From Spirochaetia bacterium (GTDB lineage Bacteria; Spirochaetota; Spirochaetia; CADAEX01), in NCBI GenBank assembly GCA_963662265.2, contig CAXXHA010000001.1, forward strand, positions 224,001 to 288,000: DNA of 64,000 nt, in the 5' to 3' direction. Numbering within the stretch: the first letter of the stretch is position 1; every line of letters starts with the position of its first letter. Position numbers and translations under genes: made by a program. Shown here one piece after another: positions 10,004-20,642 of the stretch. The notes beneath the pieces were generated by a model. It did no database searches. It was not told the origin of the DNA and worked only from the letters and a program-made list of their open reading frames with translations.

Positions 10004-11509
10004 ATGAAAACTATTTTTCCCGGAACATTGCGGCCTGTAATTCTGAAAGCATTACTTTTTCTTATTTTCATAGTTTACGCACACACTGACCCTGTAAATA
10101 TAAAAATACTCTATGTATCAAATCTGCCTGATATTGAGACAGGGGAAAACAGGGGGGGACTTGCGGAACTCGGGACTCTTGTAAAACAATACAGGAACTC
10201 TGATGACAATTTCATATTTCTTCACGGGGGAGACTCTCTTGCCCCAAGCATAATGTCATCATTTGATTACGGAACTCACATGATTGATATATTAAACAGC
10301 ATCCTCCCTGAAGTAATGGCTGTTGATGAAAGGGAATTTGCCTATTCAGAAGATCAATTAATTCTGAGAATCAGTGAAGCGGGATTTCCAATAATTTCAT
10401 CAAATACTACAGATACTATTACAAATAAACCGCTTGAGGGGATGGAAAGGCATAAAATATTCTCAGTCGGAAGTTATAAAATAGGAGTTTTCTCCATTCT
10501 CGCAGCAGAAGTCAGGGAAAGTTACCTGGCAAAAAGGATTTTTGTTAACAGCAACCCTGCTTTTATCGAACAGGAAGCAAGGATGCTAAGGGAAAAGGGG
10601 GCAGATATCATTATACTGCTTACCGGAGAGAACATAACAAATACAGAAAAACTGTTGAATGAAGGGCTGGTTGATATAATCTTAAAATCAGAAACAGAAA
10701 ATGACAGGATAATTCCGCTGGAAAAGGGATTTTTCGCCCAACACGGGTCATCAGACGGGAATTCCCTGCTGCTCAATATTGAAGTTGAAAAAAAAGGGGA
10801 TGTAACAGAGGTAGATACAACAGGCACCTTCGTACTGCTCAACACATGTGGTCCTGACAGGGAAATTCAGGAGAAAATCGACTATTATCTCGGAACGCTG
10901 AATAAAATAATGAGTGCTGTTTCCGGAACAACTTCATTACCCCTCAATACGAAGAGGGATAAAGTAAGAACAGAAGAAAATGCATTCGGAAATTTTGTTG
11001 CCGATTCAATGAGAGACTATTACAATACAGATATTGCAGTCATCAATGGAGGCTCAATAAGAGGCAACAGGTATTACAATCCGGGAACTGACTTTACAAG
11101 AAAAATAATACAGGGAGAACTGCCGTTTTACAATAAAGTCATTCCTGTATATGTCTCAGGCAGGCAAATCCTTCAGATGCTTGAACACGGATTAAGCAGA
11201 ATTGAAGAGATTAACGGAGGCTTTCTCCAGGTCTCAGGAATGAAAGTAAAATACAGTCCTGATGCGGAAAAAGGTAACAGGGTAATTTCTGTGACTATAG
11301 GTGGAAAACTGCTCGAACAGAAAAAAGCATATACTCTTTCAGTTTTGGATTACATGAAAAAGGGCGGAGACGGATTTAACATGCTTAAAAGCGCAGAAGT
11401 TATTGAGAATATGAAAGAGCCTCTAAACAGCTGGGAAGTGCTGAGACTTTACATCGAGAAAAAACAGATTATTGGACCTGTTATAGAAGGGCGGCTGAAA
11501 AGAAAATGA
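10004..11509 (+). CDS. 5'-nucleotidase-like exported protein with degenerate metal-binding and catalytic motifs (probable pseudoenzyme / ligand-binding protein)
   Basis: Aligns by eye to 1119..2726: TNDHH->VSNLP, GNHEF->DEREF, VHMG->TGEN, GHTH->SETE; C-domain VRTEE, NGGSIRG, LPF, YMKKGGDGF retained; N-terminal hydrophobic signal. Confidence 0.85.
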   Translation: MKTIFPGTLRPVILKALLFLIFIVYAHTDPVNIKILYVSNLPDIETGENRGGLAELGTLVKQYRNSDDNFIFLHGGDSLAPSIMSSFDYGTHMIDILNSILPEVMAVDEREFAYSEDQLILRISEAGFPIISSNTTDTITNKPLEGMERHKIFSVGSYKIGVFSILAAEVRESYLAKRIFVNSNPAFIEQEARMLREKGADIIILLTGENITNTEKLLNEGLVDIILKSETENDRIIPLEKGFFAQHGSSDGNSLLLNIEVEKKGDVTEVDTTGTFVLLNTCGPDREIQEKIDYYLGTLNKIMSAVSGTTSLPLNTKRDKVRTEENAFGNFVADSMRDYYNTDIAVINGGSIRGNRYYNPGTDFTRKIIQGELPFYNKVIPVYVSGRQILQMLEHGLSRIEEINGGFLQVSGMKVKYSPDAEKGNRVISVTIGGKLLEQKKAYTLSVLDYMKKGGDGFNMLKSAEVIENMKEPLNSWEVLRLYIEKKQIIGPVIEGRLKRK

Positions 11510-13158
11510 AATTATCCGGGAATAAATCAGGCAAAATAAAAAAACGGAGCATAGCCGGTCCTATTACCCTGAGCCAGTCAGTAATAATATTCATGATGAT
11601 GCTGGTAATGGGATTATCACTTTTCTTCTTTATAAATATCAGGATTTCATTTCTGAATTTTTCTGAACAGACTATCCACGGAATCAAAAACAGCTCAGAC
11701 CTGAACAATGAAGTAAAACAGCTTCTTATAGATACAGAGAGGCTGATGGCCTCAGATTCAAATCCCGAGAGAAGACTTGCATATGAGGATATTCTAAGGT
11801 CAACTGAAATAATCAAAGAAATACAGGAAAGGAAAAAATTCAACGACAGGAATGTAAGGAACCACATAGAAATTATTACTGACACACTGAATGAACTCAA
11901 CTCACTTGTGGAAGAAAAAATCAAATATAATAATCTTGCACTAGAAAAAATGTATGATCTCATGCTGTTTCTTGAAAAATACCAGGATCTTGAAAGAAAA
12001 AAAGAAAGAGCTGTTTTTAATGCAAATACATTCAGAAACACAATTTCCTGGTACTTCAAGATATCCGGTATAACAAGACAGGCCGGTGCAGTTTTCCAGA
12101 TGAATATTTTTTATGATATCAACAAGACTGAAAAACAGATAATATCGGATCTGGCAGAAATGGAAAAACAGCTGTATGATTTTCCAGACTCTTCAAGGCA
12201 TTTTTATGAATCTGATTTAGAAAATCTAAAAAAAATTATTCTGGGAGAAACAGGGTTATTAAACCTTGTTAAGGAAAAAACAAAAATTTCACTCAAGACA
12301 ACAGGAAGGGGAAACTTCACAAGAACACTGCTGAATGATTTCATCTACATAAGTTCAAATATTTTCAACCGTGTAATTGAATATACTGAAATTCAGACAG
12401 CAAGACTCACAAACCTGATAAACAGCTTCTTTGATTTTTTTCTTATACTTCTTATTGCCACCCTGATGATTTCCATAGGCATGGTCCTTTATGTGAGGAA
12501 AAAACTGACAAAGAGGCTGCTGCGCCTTAACGGTGAAATTCTTGAAAAAGTTGCAGGCTTTGACATAGGGATAACTGTTGAGGGGAATGATGAATTATCT
12601 GACATGGCAAAAAGTTTTCTTTTCTATGAAAACGAAGTAAAACTGAGAGAAGAGGAGCTGAACAAAATAGCTTCCCAGGATTTCCTCACAGAAATAAGCA
12701 ACAGAAGACATTTTATTGAACTGGCTGAAAAGGAAATTGCAAGAGGGAGAAGATACAGCTTCCCGGTAATTCTGCTGATGCTGGATATTGATTATTTCAA
12801 AAAAGTCAACGACACATACGGACACTATTCAGGAGATGTTGTACTTAAAGAATTTACAAATCTCTGTAAAAGCATTATAAGGGAAAATGATATTTTCGGC
12901 AGGCTTGGCGGTGAGGAATTTGCAATAATACTTCCTGAAACAGATCTTGACGGGGGAATAAAACTTGCAGAGCGTCTTAGAACAGCAGTAGAGGAAAGCA
13001 GCTGGACAATAGATGATGAAGTTATAAAAATCACGGTAAGTATCGGGGCAGCAGAATGCAGCTGCAGCAGTGATACTGCGCTCGAAGTTGTATTGAAAAA
13101 AGCAGACAGCGCCTTGTACAGGGCGAAAGATGAGGGGAGAAACAGGACCTGTTATTAA
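11506..13158 (+). CDS. Membrane diguanylate cyclase (TM - helical periplasmic domain - TM - HAMP-like linker - GGDEF)
   Basis: Two TM segments flank ~260 aa; GNDELSDMAKSF HAMP-like; DFLT...NRR; RxxD I-site (REND) and RLGGEEF; ATGA overlap with upstream gene. Confidence 0.92.
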   Translation: MKLSGNKSGKIKKRSIAGPITLSQSVIIFMMMLVMGLSLFFFINIRISFLNFSEQTIHGIKNSSDLNNEVKQLLIDTERLMASDSNPERRLAYEDILRSTEIIKEIQERKKFNDRNVRNHIEIITDTLNELNSLVEEKIKYNNLALEKMYDLMLFLEKYQDLERKKERAVFNANTFRNTISWYFKISGITRQAGAVFQMNIFYDINKTEKQIISDLAEMEKQLYDFPDSSRHFYESDLENLKKIILGETGLLNLVKEKTKISLKTTGRGNFTRTLLNDFIYISSNIFNRVIEYTEIQTARLTNLINSFFDFFLILLIATLMISIGMVLYVRKKLTKRLLRLNGEILEKVAGFDIGITVEGNDELSDMAKSFLFYENEVKLREEELNKIASQDFLTEISNRRHFIELAEKEIARGRRYSFPVILLMLDIDYFKKVNDTYGHYSGDVVLKEFTNLCKSIIRENDIFGRLGGEEFAIILPETDLDGGIKLAERLRTAVEESSWTIDDEVIKITVSIGAAECSCSSDTALEVVLKKADSALYRAKDEGRNRTCY

Positions 13159-13422
13159 TCAACTACACCTCTGGCGCTCATACCAGCCGGTTTTACGCCT
13201 GTTCCAGCTGGTACGGGCCAGATACGGGCTTTTTTACAAGCAGCGGGGTATTTTTAAACCAGCGAGAAGAGTAGCTACCTTTACACGAAAAATCCCAAGA
13301 AAGTGAAGATAAGAAGGCAGGCCTTATTACCCCGACCTGCGAATAAACAGAAAAAACTCAATGCTTAACAGTCTGCCTAGTAAAATTATATGTATTTTAA
13401 CAATCACTGCCTGCAATCAGTT

Positions 13423-14324
13423 TCAGGATCCAGCTTTCAGCGTGAGCTTTTCCTTTTCCCTCAGAAACCCGACAAATCCTGCAGAAATAACAGAAAGGCT
13501 TATTATATTAACAGGCCTGAACTGATCCCCGAGAATAACAACACCCATTACCATTGAAAATACAGGGACAAAGTTGATGAAAAAATTAGTCCTGGAAACA
13601 CCTATTTTCTGGATAGAATCCTGCTGAAGAGTGTATCCGAGAAATGTGGAAAAAATCCCCATAAACAGATATACGCCCCCATATATTAGCAGAATAGGAA
13701 AACGGAGATATACCATTAACAAGAATAAACGGAAGAAGAAAAAGCGAAGCACCTGAAAGGGTGTAGAAAGTTGAAACAACTGATGATATTCCGCAGCCAT
13801 GTTTTCTGATTAAGAGAGAATAAACAACCCATATAACCATGGCAGCTGTCATCAGAAAAGTACCTGTACTGAATCCACCTGAAAAAAGAAGAGCAAAATC
13901 CCACTTCACAATAATTGTCAGAACCCCGAGAAATGCGGTCAAAAGAAAAAAACAGCCCCTTTCTGTTCATCGGCTCTGAAAAAATAAGAAAACCAAGCAA
14001 CGCGGAAAGCAGGGGATTGAGAGTATTTATCGAGCTTGATTCAAGTACATCAATTGTGAGTAGAGCGGCAAAAAACAGAAGATGATATCCCACCATTCCG
14101 AAAATACCTATAAGCATTATGACTAAAGCTTTACGAAGCGGCAGGCGGAAAGAGGTTTTCTTTATCTCTCCGTATATGAAAAGACAGACAACTGCGACTG
14201 CAAAGCGGTAGAAACTCATCTCAACCCCGCTTACAACAGCCCCTCCGATCTTGCCTGCAATAAAAGCACCGGCCCAACAGAGCGCTGCAATAGTCATATA
14301 AATATAAGATCTGTTCATCTTCAC
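13423..14324 (-). pseudogene. EamA/DMT family transporter with two +1 frameshifts (A7 at 13946-13952, C5 at 13676-13680)
   Basis: Three overlapping ORFs together give a 10-TM DMT (WAGAFIAGK, YRF, NPLL..E, NFVPVFS); each junction sits in a homopolymer run. Confidence 0.85.
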
Positions 14325-14518
14325 TCTCCGGGTAAATTATACCGTGTAATCTGTTTTGTTTAAACAAGCGGAAAGATTAAATAATACAGAGAAATAACTT
14401 AACAGGTCGATTTCAGTTTTGGAATTATTGAATATTGAATCATTCTGTCATTTTCCGGCAGATTTCCAACATCAAATAAATCCATCCCCTGCTGCCTGAT
14501 TTTATATCATTTCACAGG

Positions 14519-15229
14519 TTAGAATTCATATATGCTGTTTCCAGGTGTAAGAAGCGCAGTCTCGGTCTCTGCAGAGCAGTATTTCTCAAGAAGAGCTGCA
14601 ACCATATCCCGCGCTTGTAACGCCCTTTTCTCACTCTCCCCGCCGATTGCATCAATATTCATTATTATACTTTCAGTATTCTCACCTATCTTTGTCCTGT
14701 CCCCGTTTCTCCAGTTCCATCTCCTGCACATTACATCTTTACTCTCTTCAATGAAATAAATAACTTCACCAGATTCAGGATTCTCACTCCTATCCGGCAT
14801 ACCAAGGGGAATAAAATTTTCAGAACCGTCTGAAACACCAAGCTTGAATGTGGATGAAGGGGCAATAATATCATCCCCCCCTACCGGCAGGATATTCTGA
14901 ATTGAAACTATATTCATGACAGCTACTACAGAATTTATAAAGGGAATCTCGGTTTTCTTCTTCTGAATCCTTTTTATCAGCGCAATATGTGCAGGAGGGA
15001 ATTTATTGGGATTTGAATTAAATTCTCTGTGTGCATCTTTCCAGTCTGTTATGCGGTGATCATTTTCAAGATCGACAGGATTATCAAAGCGCTCTGAAAG
15101 AGTATCTTTAAGCATCTCATACAGCCCTGTATCATCAGCCCTGTTCTTCATATTTCTCGCAATTACAATACCTCTTCTGAAAGAGGGATATTTTTCAAAT
15201 ATTCCATCTTCTATCAGTATTCTGCCCAT
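14519..15229 (-). CDS. Stand-alone B3/4 domain protein (PheRS-beta editing-domain homologue)
   Basis: NPNKFPPAHIALIKR, PFINSVV, PVGGDD, CRRWNWR..DRTKI motifs; ATG 15229 with SD GGAGG. Confidence 0.88.
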   Translation of the reverse strand: MGRILIEDGIFEKYPSFRRGIVIARNMKNRADDTGLYEMLKDTLSERFDNPVDLENDHRITDWKDAHREFNSNPNKFPPAHIALIKRIQKKKTEIPFINSVVAVMNIVSIQNILPVGGDDIIAPSSTFKLGVSDGSENFIPLGMPDRSENPESGEVIYFIEESKDVMCRRWNWRNGDRTKIGENTESIIMNIDAIGGESEKRALQARDMVAALLEKYCSAETETALLTPGNSIYEF

Positions 15230-15321
15230 AGTTTCCTCCATTTACCTGACTGCTTATTCCTGAGGCAGCAGGCTGATTCCAGCTGTTTTACCAATAATTG
15301 TATGGAACAGCCTATATATGC

Positions 15322-15352
15322 ATGATAAACTATCCAGTAACTGGAAGGTCAA
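15322..15352 (-). promoter_or_regulatory. MerR-type promoter/operator for the B3/4 gene
   Basis: TTGACC-19 nt-TATCAT with palindrome TCCAGT-T-ACTGGA in the spacer; divergent from merR. Confidence 0.85.
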
Positions 15353-15402
15353 GTTTTTTCCCATTACAGGGGTCAACTTTTTCCAGCTGGTAAAATTATT
15401 TC

Positions 15403-16227
15403 ATGGATAAATTATTCTTCACAATCGGTGAAATATCAAAACTCTATAACATCCCCTCCAAAACACTGCGCTACTATGATTCAATAGGTCTTTTCAAACC
15501 ATCCAGAATAAACCCGGAAAACAATTACAGGTATTACTCAGTAGAGCAGTTTGAAATGCTGAATTCGATAAAATACCTGCGGCATATGGGATTTTCCATA
15601 GATGATATAAAAAAACACATAAAAACAAGGGATTCAGGCTCATTCAGAGACAAGCTGCTTGAATACAGGAAAATAAATGAAGCGGAAATTGAGAGACTTA
15701 AGACTGTGACTGAATCTCTCAATGAGAGAATTGCTGAACTTGATAATGTACTGAATAATGCTGATTTCGGAAAAGTGGAACTTGAAAGATTTCCTGAAAG
15801 AAAAATTCTCCGCCTCAAAGAGAATTACTCCGACATATCAGGGCTTGAGCTTAATCTCAGAAAACTTGAAAACAGCGCAGGAATTGATCCCTCGATTATT
15901 ATCGGGCGTGTCGGGGTTACGGTGAGCAGGGAGAACCTTGAGAAAGGGATTTACAGCATATATAACTCGATATTTATCATACAGGACAGCGGAACGGAAA
16001 ACCGATATACAGAAATTCTCCCCCCGGGGGATTATGCATCAGTATCTGTAAACTGCGGAGATCACAGCAGCTCACCTGTTTATTACAGGAAGATATTCAG
16101 TTTTCTGGAAAAGAACAATTACAGGATATGCGGCGATGCTTCTGAAAGGGTTGTCATTGATTCTTTTATTTCTTCGGCTGAATCTGAACATCTTACAGTT
16201 ATTGAAATACCTGTAAGCAAACTGTAA
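15403..16227 (+). CDS. MerR-family regulator with GyrI-like effector domain (BmrR/BltR type)
   Basis: FTIGEISKLYNI...TLRYYDSIGLFKP...YRYY; coiled coil; C-terminal LPPGDYA...IEIPV. Confidence 0.93.
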   Translation: MDKLFFTIGEISKLYNIPSKTLRYYDSIGLFKPSRINPENNYRYYSVEQFEMLNSIKYLRHMGFSIDDIKKHIKTRDSGSFRDKLLEYRKINEAEIERLKTVTESLNERIAELDNVLNNADFGKVELERFPERKILRLKENYSDISGLELNLRKLENSAGIDPSIIIGRVGVTVSRENLEKGIYSIYNSIFIIQDSGTENRYTEILPPGDYASVSVNCGDHSSSPVYYRKIFSFLEKNNYRICGDASERVVIDSFISSAESEHLTVIEIPVSKL

Positions 16228-16284
16228 ATATGGCCACAATCCTGCCATATTGCAGCAGTTTATACATAATAATCCTTGTGAAAT

Positions 16285-16998
16285 ATGGACATTCGGTATA
16301 ATGGGCTGTATTTTAAAATAGTGGAACTCGATATTATCAATCTTGGAAGAAGAGACTATAAATCAGTACTCAGGTATCAGGAGATAATGCTTGAAAAAAG
16401 GCAGAACGGAATAATAAATGATACGCTGATACTGGTGGAACATAATCCTGTCATAACAATCGGCAAGAGGGGAATTGAAAGCAATATTACAGTTTCCAGA
16501 GATCTCCTGGATGAGAAAGGGATAAAGATATATGAAATCTCCCGGGGTGGCGATGTAACATATCACGGCCCGGGGCAGGTTGTAGGATATCCGATAATTG
16601 ATTTAAAAAAAATGGGAATCGGAATAAAGGAATATGTTCTCAGGATAGAAGAAATATTCATACAAATGCTTAATAAAGAGTTCAGCATAGCTGCAGAAAG
16701 GGAAGAGGGAAAATACACCGGAATCTGGATTGGGAACAGTAAAATTACAGCGATAGGAATAGCTGTAAAAAAATGGGTGACAATGCATGGTTTTGCATTC
16801 AATGTCAGCACCAATCTTGATCATTTCAAATGGATTGTACCATGCGGAATTACAGACAGGGAAGTAACCTCTCTCGACATACAGACTGGAAAAACCAACG
16901 ACTTTGAACAGATGAAGAAGATGACTGCCGGTTATTTTGCAGATATATTCGGTTATAAAAATGTTAATGAAAAAGAAGTTGTCCTTGAGGAGTACTGA
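16285..16998 (+). CDS. lipB: Octanoyl-ACP:protein N-octanoyltransferase
   Basis: [38 protein letters not shown]; true start may be GTG 16321. Confidence 0.95.
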   Translation: MDIRYNGLYFKIVELDIINLGRRDYKSVLRYQEIMLEKRQNGIINDTLILVEHNPVITIGKRGIESNITVSRDLLDEKGIKIYEISRGGDVTYHGPGQVVGYPIIDLKKMGIGIKEYVLRIEEIFIQMLNKEFSIAAEREEGKYTGIWIGNSKITAIGIAVKKWVTMHGFAFNVSTNLDHFKWIVPCGITDREVTSLDIQTGKTNDFEQMKKMTAGYFADIFGYKNVNEKEVVLEEY

Positions 16999-17864
16999 TG
17001 AGAGAAAGAAAGCCTGAATGGCTTAAAATAAGAGTAAGCAGCAGTTCAAATATTTCTGATGTAAAAGAGATGCTGTCAAGGCTTTCACTGCATACAGTCT
17101 GCGAAGAGGCAAACTGCCCGAACCAGATGGAATGTTTCAGTAAAAGAACAGCAACATTCATGATTATGGGAAGAACATGTACAAGAAACTGCAGATTCTG
17201 CAATGTGGAAAACAACCTGCCTGTCCCTCTTGATAAAAACGAGCCGGATCATATTTCCGAGGCTGTAAAGGAACTCAAACTCAGGCATGTTGTAATTACA
17301 TCTGTAACCCGGGATGATCTTCCTGACGGAGGAGCTGCCCATTTTGCAGAAACAATCAGGGCAGTAAAAAAAGCCTGTAAAAATGTAATTGTCGAAGTGC
17401 TTATTCCCGACTTCAGGGGGGACAGCAGAGCACTTTCGGAAGTAATTGAGGCAGGTCCTGAGATAATAAACCACAATGTCGAAACAGTCCCAGGGCTTTA
17501 CAAAGAGGTAAGACCCCAGGCTGATTATATCCAGTCTCTCAATGTGATAAGGGGAATCAGGGAAAAAGGGAATAATATCTTTTCAAAATCGGGAATAATG
17601 GTAGGTCTCGGGGAGAAACAGGAAGAGGTACTCTCTCTCTTCAGGGACCTGAGAAATGCTGAATGTGATATTCTGACTGTCGGGCAGTATCTTGCCCCCT
17701 CTTCAAAACACTACCCTGTAAAAGAATATATACACCCTGATCATTTCAGGTTTTATGAAGAGGAAGCATTGAAAATGGGATTCAAAAGCGTGGCATCCGG
17801 ACCTTTTGTAAGAAGTTCCTACAATGCTGCCGAAGTTCTTGAGAATGCACTCAGGAAAAAATAA
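16998..17864 (+). CDS. lipA: Lipoyl synthase
   Basis: [29 protein letters not shown]. Confidence 0.97.
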   Translation: MRERKPEWLKIRVSSSSNISDVKEMLSRLSLHTVCEEANCPNQMECFSKRTATFMIMGRTCTRNCRFCNVENNLPVPLDKNEPDHISEAVKELKLRHVVITSVTRDDLPDGGAAHFAETIRAVKKACKNVIVEVLIPDFRGDSRALSEVIEAGPEIINHNVETVPGLYKEVRPQADYIQSLNVIRGIREKGNNIFSKSGIMVGLGEKQEEVLSLFRDLRNAECDILTVGQYLAPSSKHYPVKEYIHPDHFRFYEEEALKMGFKSVASGPFVRSSYNAAEVLENALRKK

Positions 17865-17924
17865 GCTAAATATCAAAGACGGATTTTATTGTAGCGAAAA
17901 TTATCCTTGCAAATAAAATTATAT

Positions 17925-20471
17925 TTACAGGGCATTATCCAGCCATTCTTCATAGTCAAATTCTGAAGAGAGTTTCTTGAGTTTCTCAATATCAAGAGGA
18001 GGACTCAAAATATATCCCTGGATCTCCCGGCACTTCTGGCTCACCAGGTAATCCAGCTGCTTTTTTGATTCTACGCCTTCCGCAACAACTTTAAGCTCAA
18101 GAATATCCGCCATTGATATTATAAGCTTTACAACTTCAGTATCATTTTTAAGGTCAGGTATATTATGTGTAAAAGCCTTGTCGATTTTCAGAATATCAAG
18201 GGGTAGATCTTTTAAATATGAAAGAGAAGAGAACCCTGTACCGAAGTCATCCATGGCAATTCTGATCCTGCTTTCCCTGAGTTTGCCCAGAACAGAATAG
18301 ACTTCTTCAAGGTGGTTTACAGCAACGCTTTCTGTTATTTCAAGTTCAAGCATTTCAGGATCAAATGATGTTTCTTCAAGAACCTTCAAAACCATGCTGT
18401 CCAGTTCTGATGAAAACTGTATACCGGAAAGATTTACCGCAGCCTTCAGCTTGTATCCAAGCTGACTGCTCAAGGCCCCTATATCAGAGCAGGTCTGTTT
18501 AAGAACAAATTCCCCTATAGGGATTATAATGCCTGTTTCCTCTGCAATTGAAATAAACTCATCAGGGGGAATCAGGATATCGTTGTAGAGTTTCCATCTT
18601 ACAAGAGCTTCAACACCTGAGATTCTTTTCCTGTCAAGATCCAGTTTAGGCTGATAGAAAACACAGATTTCATCTCTTTTAAGAGCCCCCCGGATAAGAT
18701 TTTCATACTCAATTTTTTTCTGTACAGAAAGGTCCATGTCATCCCTGTAACAGGAAATCCTCCCCCTTCCCTCTTTTTTCCCTGCATTTATTGCAATATC
18801 TGCCTTTTTATACAGCTCCCATGGATCTGTTGTATTATCCGGAAATACTGCCACACCCAGGGAAACAGAAACATGAATACGCAATTCGCTGTCAATTTCG
18901 ATAGGCCTGTCAAAAAGGGATAATATTTCTGAAGGGAGAACAGCCTCTGCCTCATTCCTGTCCTTCACCGGGGAGATGACTGCAAATTCATCGCCCCCCA
19001 GGCGGGCAAGGCAGCTGTTTTCAGGCAGGTTGATTTTAAGCTGATGCGCCACAGCTTTAAGCATTTTATCACCCTGATTATGACCGTATGCATCGTTGAT
19101 ATTCCTGAAATTATCTATATCTATCAGAACCATTGAAAGACAGCTTTTATTCCTGTCTGCGCTGACAACTTCTTCGGAAATTCTCTCTGAGAAATGATGC
19201 CTGCTGGAAAGACCGGTCAGCATATCATGGTTTGCCTGGTACTGGAGCTGTTCTTCATAAATATGCCTCATTGTATCATCAGCAAGAATACTTGCAAAAT
19301 TTGAAATTTGCCCGTTTTTATCACGGATAGACACTATTGAAGTCGACTGAATATACTGCTCACCGCTTTTTCTTTTATTTACAATCTCACCCTTCCAGTA
19401 ACCTTCTTCAAGAAGAGATTTCCAGAGCTCTTTGTAGAAATCATTGTCATGGACCCCGGACTGAAGCAGTGATGGATTCCTGCCAAGCACCTCTTTTGCG
19501 GAATACCCGGTTATCCTTGTAAATCCCGGATTTGTCTGAAGTATCAGCCCGCTGGAATCTGTAATCATTATCCCTTCAGCGCTGTTTGCTACTATTTTAT
19601 TTGAAAATTCAAGATCTTTTGTCCTTTTAAATATTTCAGCTTTCAGATACCTGTTAATTGAATACATGATCAGAACAGCAACTGAAAAAAACAGAATCAC
19701 AGATATGAAAATTATATATAATTTCCTGTTTATTTTTTCTGACTGATACATCCAGCTGTTGAGAAGTTTATAATAATATGAGTCTTTATCCTCTTTAAGC
19801 TCTCTGACACGTTCCATAATACGGTCAAGCTTCTCTTCAAAACCTGATCCCCTGGCAGTAACAGCATATCCGGGCAGTGGATTAAAGACTGTGGAAGTCG
19901 GTTTTACCCCTTCAACCCCGGCAAGAGATGCATTGTAAATAACCCCGGCATAAACCTCTCCTGTTCTTACACCGTTAAGTACATCACTGAAAGTGAGGTA
20001 TTCCTTTATTGAATAAATAATTCCGAGACTGGAGGCAAATTTCTTGAAATTTCTGCCGTTTATATCATTTGCAATAATACCTATTTTTCTGCCGTTCAAC
20101 TGGTTTATTTCAGAGTAATCAGTATCAGATGCAACAAAGAGCTGGCCCCATCCTGAAATAACAGGAGTATCTGGAAAGTAGAAGAGTTTTTCGCGCTCCG
20201 GATTTTTAATAAGAGCGGCAAACAGCTGTATATCCCCGGATATCATTTTAGGATATAGCCGTGAAAAGCTGGCAATTTCATACCTGTATGAAATACCCAG
20301 TTCATCCATTATCCTGCTGAACAGCTCAACAAAGAAACCTGCAGGTTTTCCATTCTCATCAATAAAAGATGTGGGTCTTGCATCAGGTACCATCCCGAAC
20401 ACAATTTCATCTGAATAAAGAGTATTTGATACTGTCAGTAGCAAGATTGCAAACAATAATTTCTTAAGCAT
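17925..20471 (-). CDS. Periplasmic-binding domain - TM - PAS - GGDEF - EAL c-di-GMP enzyme
   Basis: Signal peptide, PBPb-like N-terminus, TM, PAS (NPGFTRITGYS), RLGGDEF, EALVRW, DDFGTGFSSL. Confidence 0.93.
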   Translation of the reverse strand: MLKKLLFAILLLTVSNTLYSDEIVFGMVPDARPTSFIDENGKPAGFFVELFSRIMDELGISYRYEIASFSRLYPKMISGDIQLFAALIKNPEREKLFYFPDTPVISGWGQLFVASDTDYSEINQLNGRKIGIIANDINGRNFKKFASSLGIIYSIKEYLTFSDVLNGVRTGEVYAGVIYNASLAGVEGVKPTSTVFNPLPGYAVTARGSGFEEKLDRIMERVRELKEDKDSYYYKLLNSWMYQSEKINRKLYIIFISVILFFSVAVLIMYSINRYLKAEIFKRTKDLEFSNKIVANSAEGIMITDSSGLILQTNPGFTRITGYSAKEVLGRNPSLLQSGVHDNDFYKELWKSLLEEGYWKGEIVNKRKSGEQYIQSTSIVSIRDKNGQISNFASILADDTMRHIYEEQLQYQANHDMLTGLSSRHHFSERISEEVVSADRNKSCLSMVLIDIDNFRNINDAYGHNQGDKMLKAVAHQLKINLPENSCLARLGGDEFAVISPVKDRNEAEAVLPSEILSLFDRPIEIDSELRIHVSVSLGVAVFPDNTTDPWELYKKADIAINAGKKEGRGRISCYRDDMDLSVQKKIEYENLIRGALKRDEICVFYQPKLDLDRKRISGVEALVRWKLYNDILIPPDEFISIAEETGIIIPIGEFVLKQTCSDIGALSSQLGYKLKAAVNLSGIQFSSELDSMVLKVLEETSFDPEMLELEITESVAVNHLEEVYSVLGKLRESRIRIAMDDFGTGFSSLSYLKDLPLDILKIDKAFTHNIPDLKNDTEVVKLIISMADILELKVVAEGVESKKQLDYLVSQKCREIQGYILSPPLDIEKLKKLSSEFDYEEWLDNAL

Positions 20472-20642
20472 TATATTTCTCTAAAAATCAGCTATATAAT
20501 AATCATATAATATACCGGCCAATTTACCAGTAAATTTAATAATCAAATTTAACATCACATAATAATCTTTATTGTTCAACATATTCAGCTGACAGTTTTA
20601 ATCTATTTGAAATAACCAGGCCAATCTGCTACTATATTTACA

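Noticed and set aside
13159-13422. Relatively GC-rich intergenic stretch after the cyclase gene with a weak ACCAGC...GCTGGT stem
   Set aside because: No recognisable protein in the frames checked and no convincing RNA or IS-end signature
15230-15315. Hairpin-forming leader of the B3/4 gene as a guanidine riboswitch
   Set aside because: No guanidine riboswitch consensus recognised; the MerR operator already explains regulation
16285-17864. lipBA next to the MerR module as part of the same system
   Set aside because: Ordinary housekeeping pair; no shared operator seen and no lipoyl-domain target in the window
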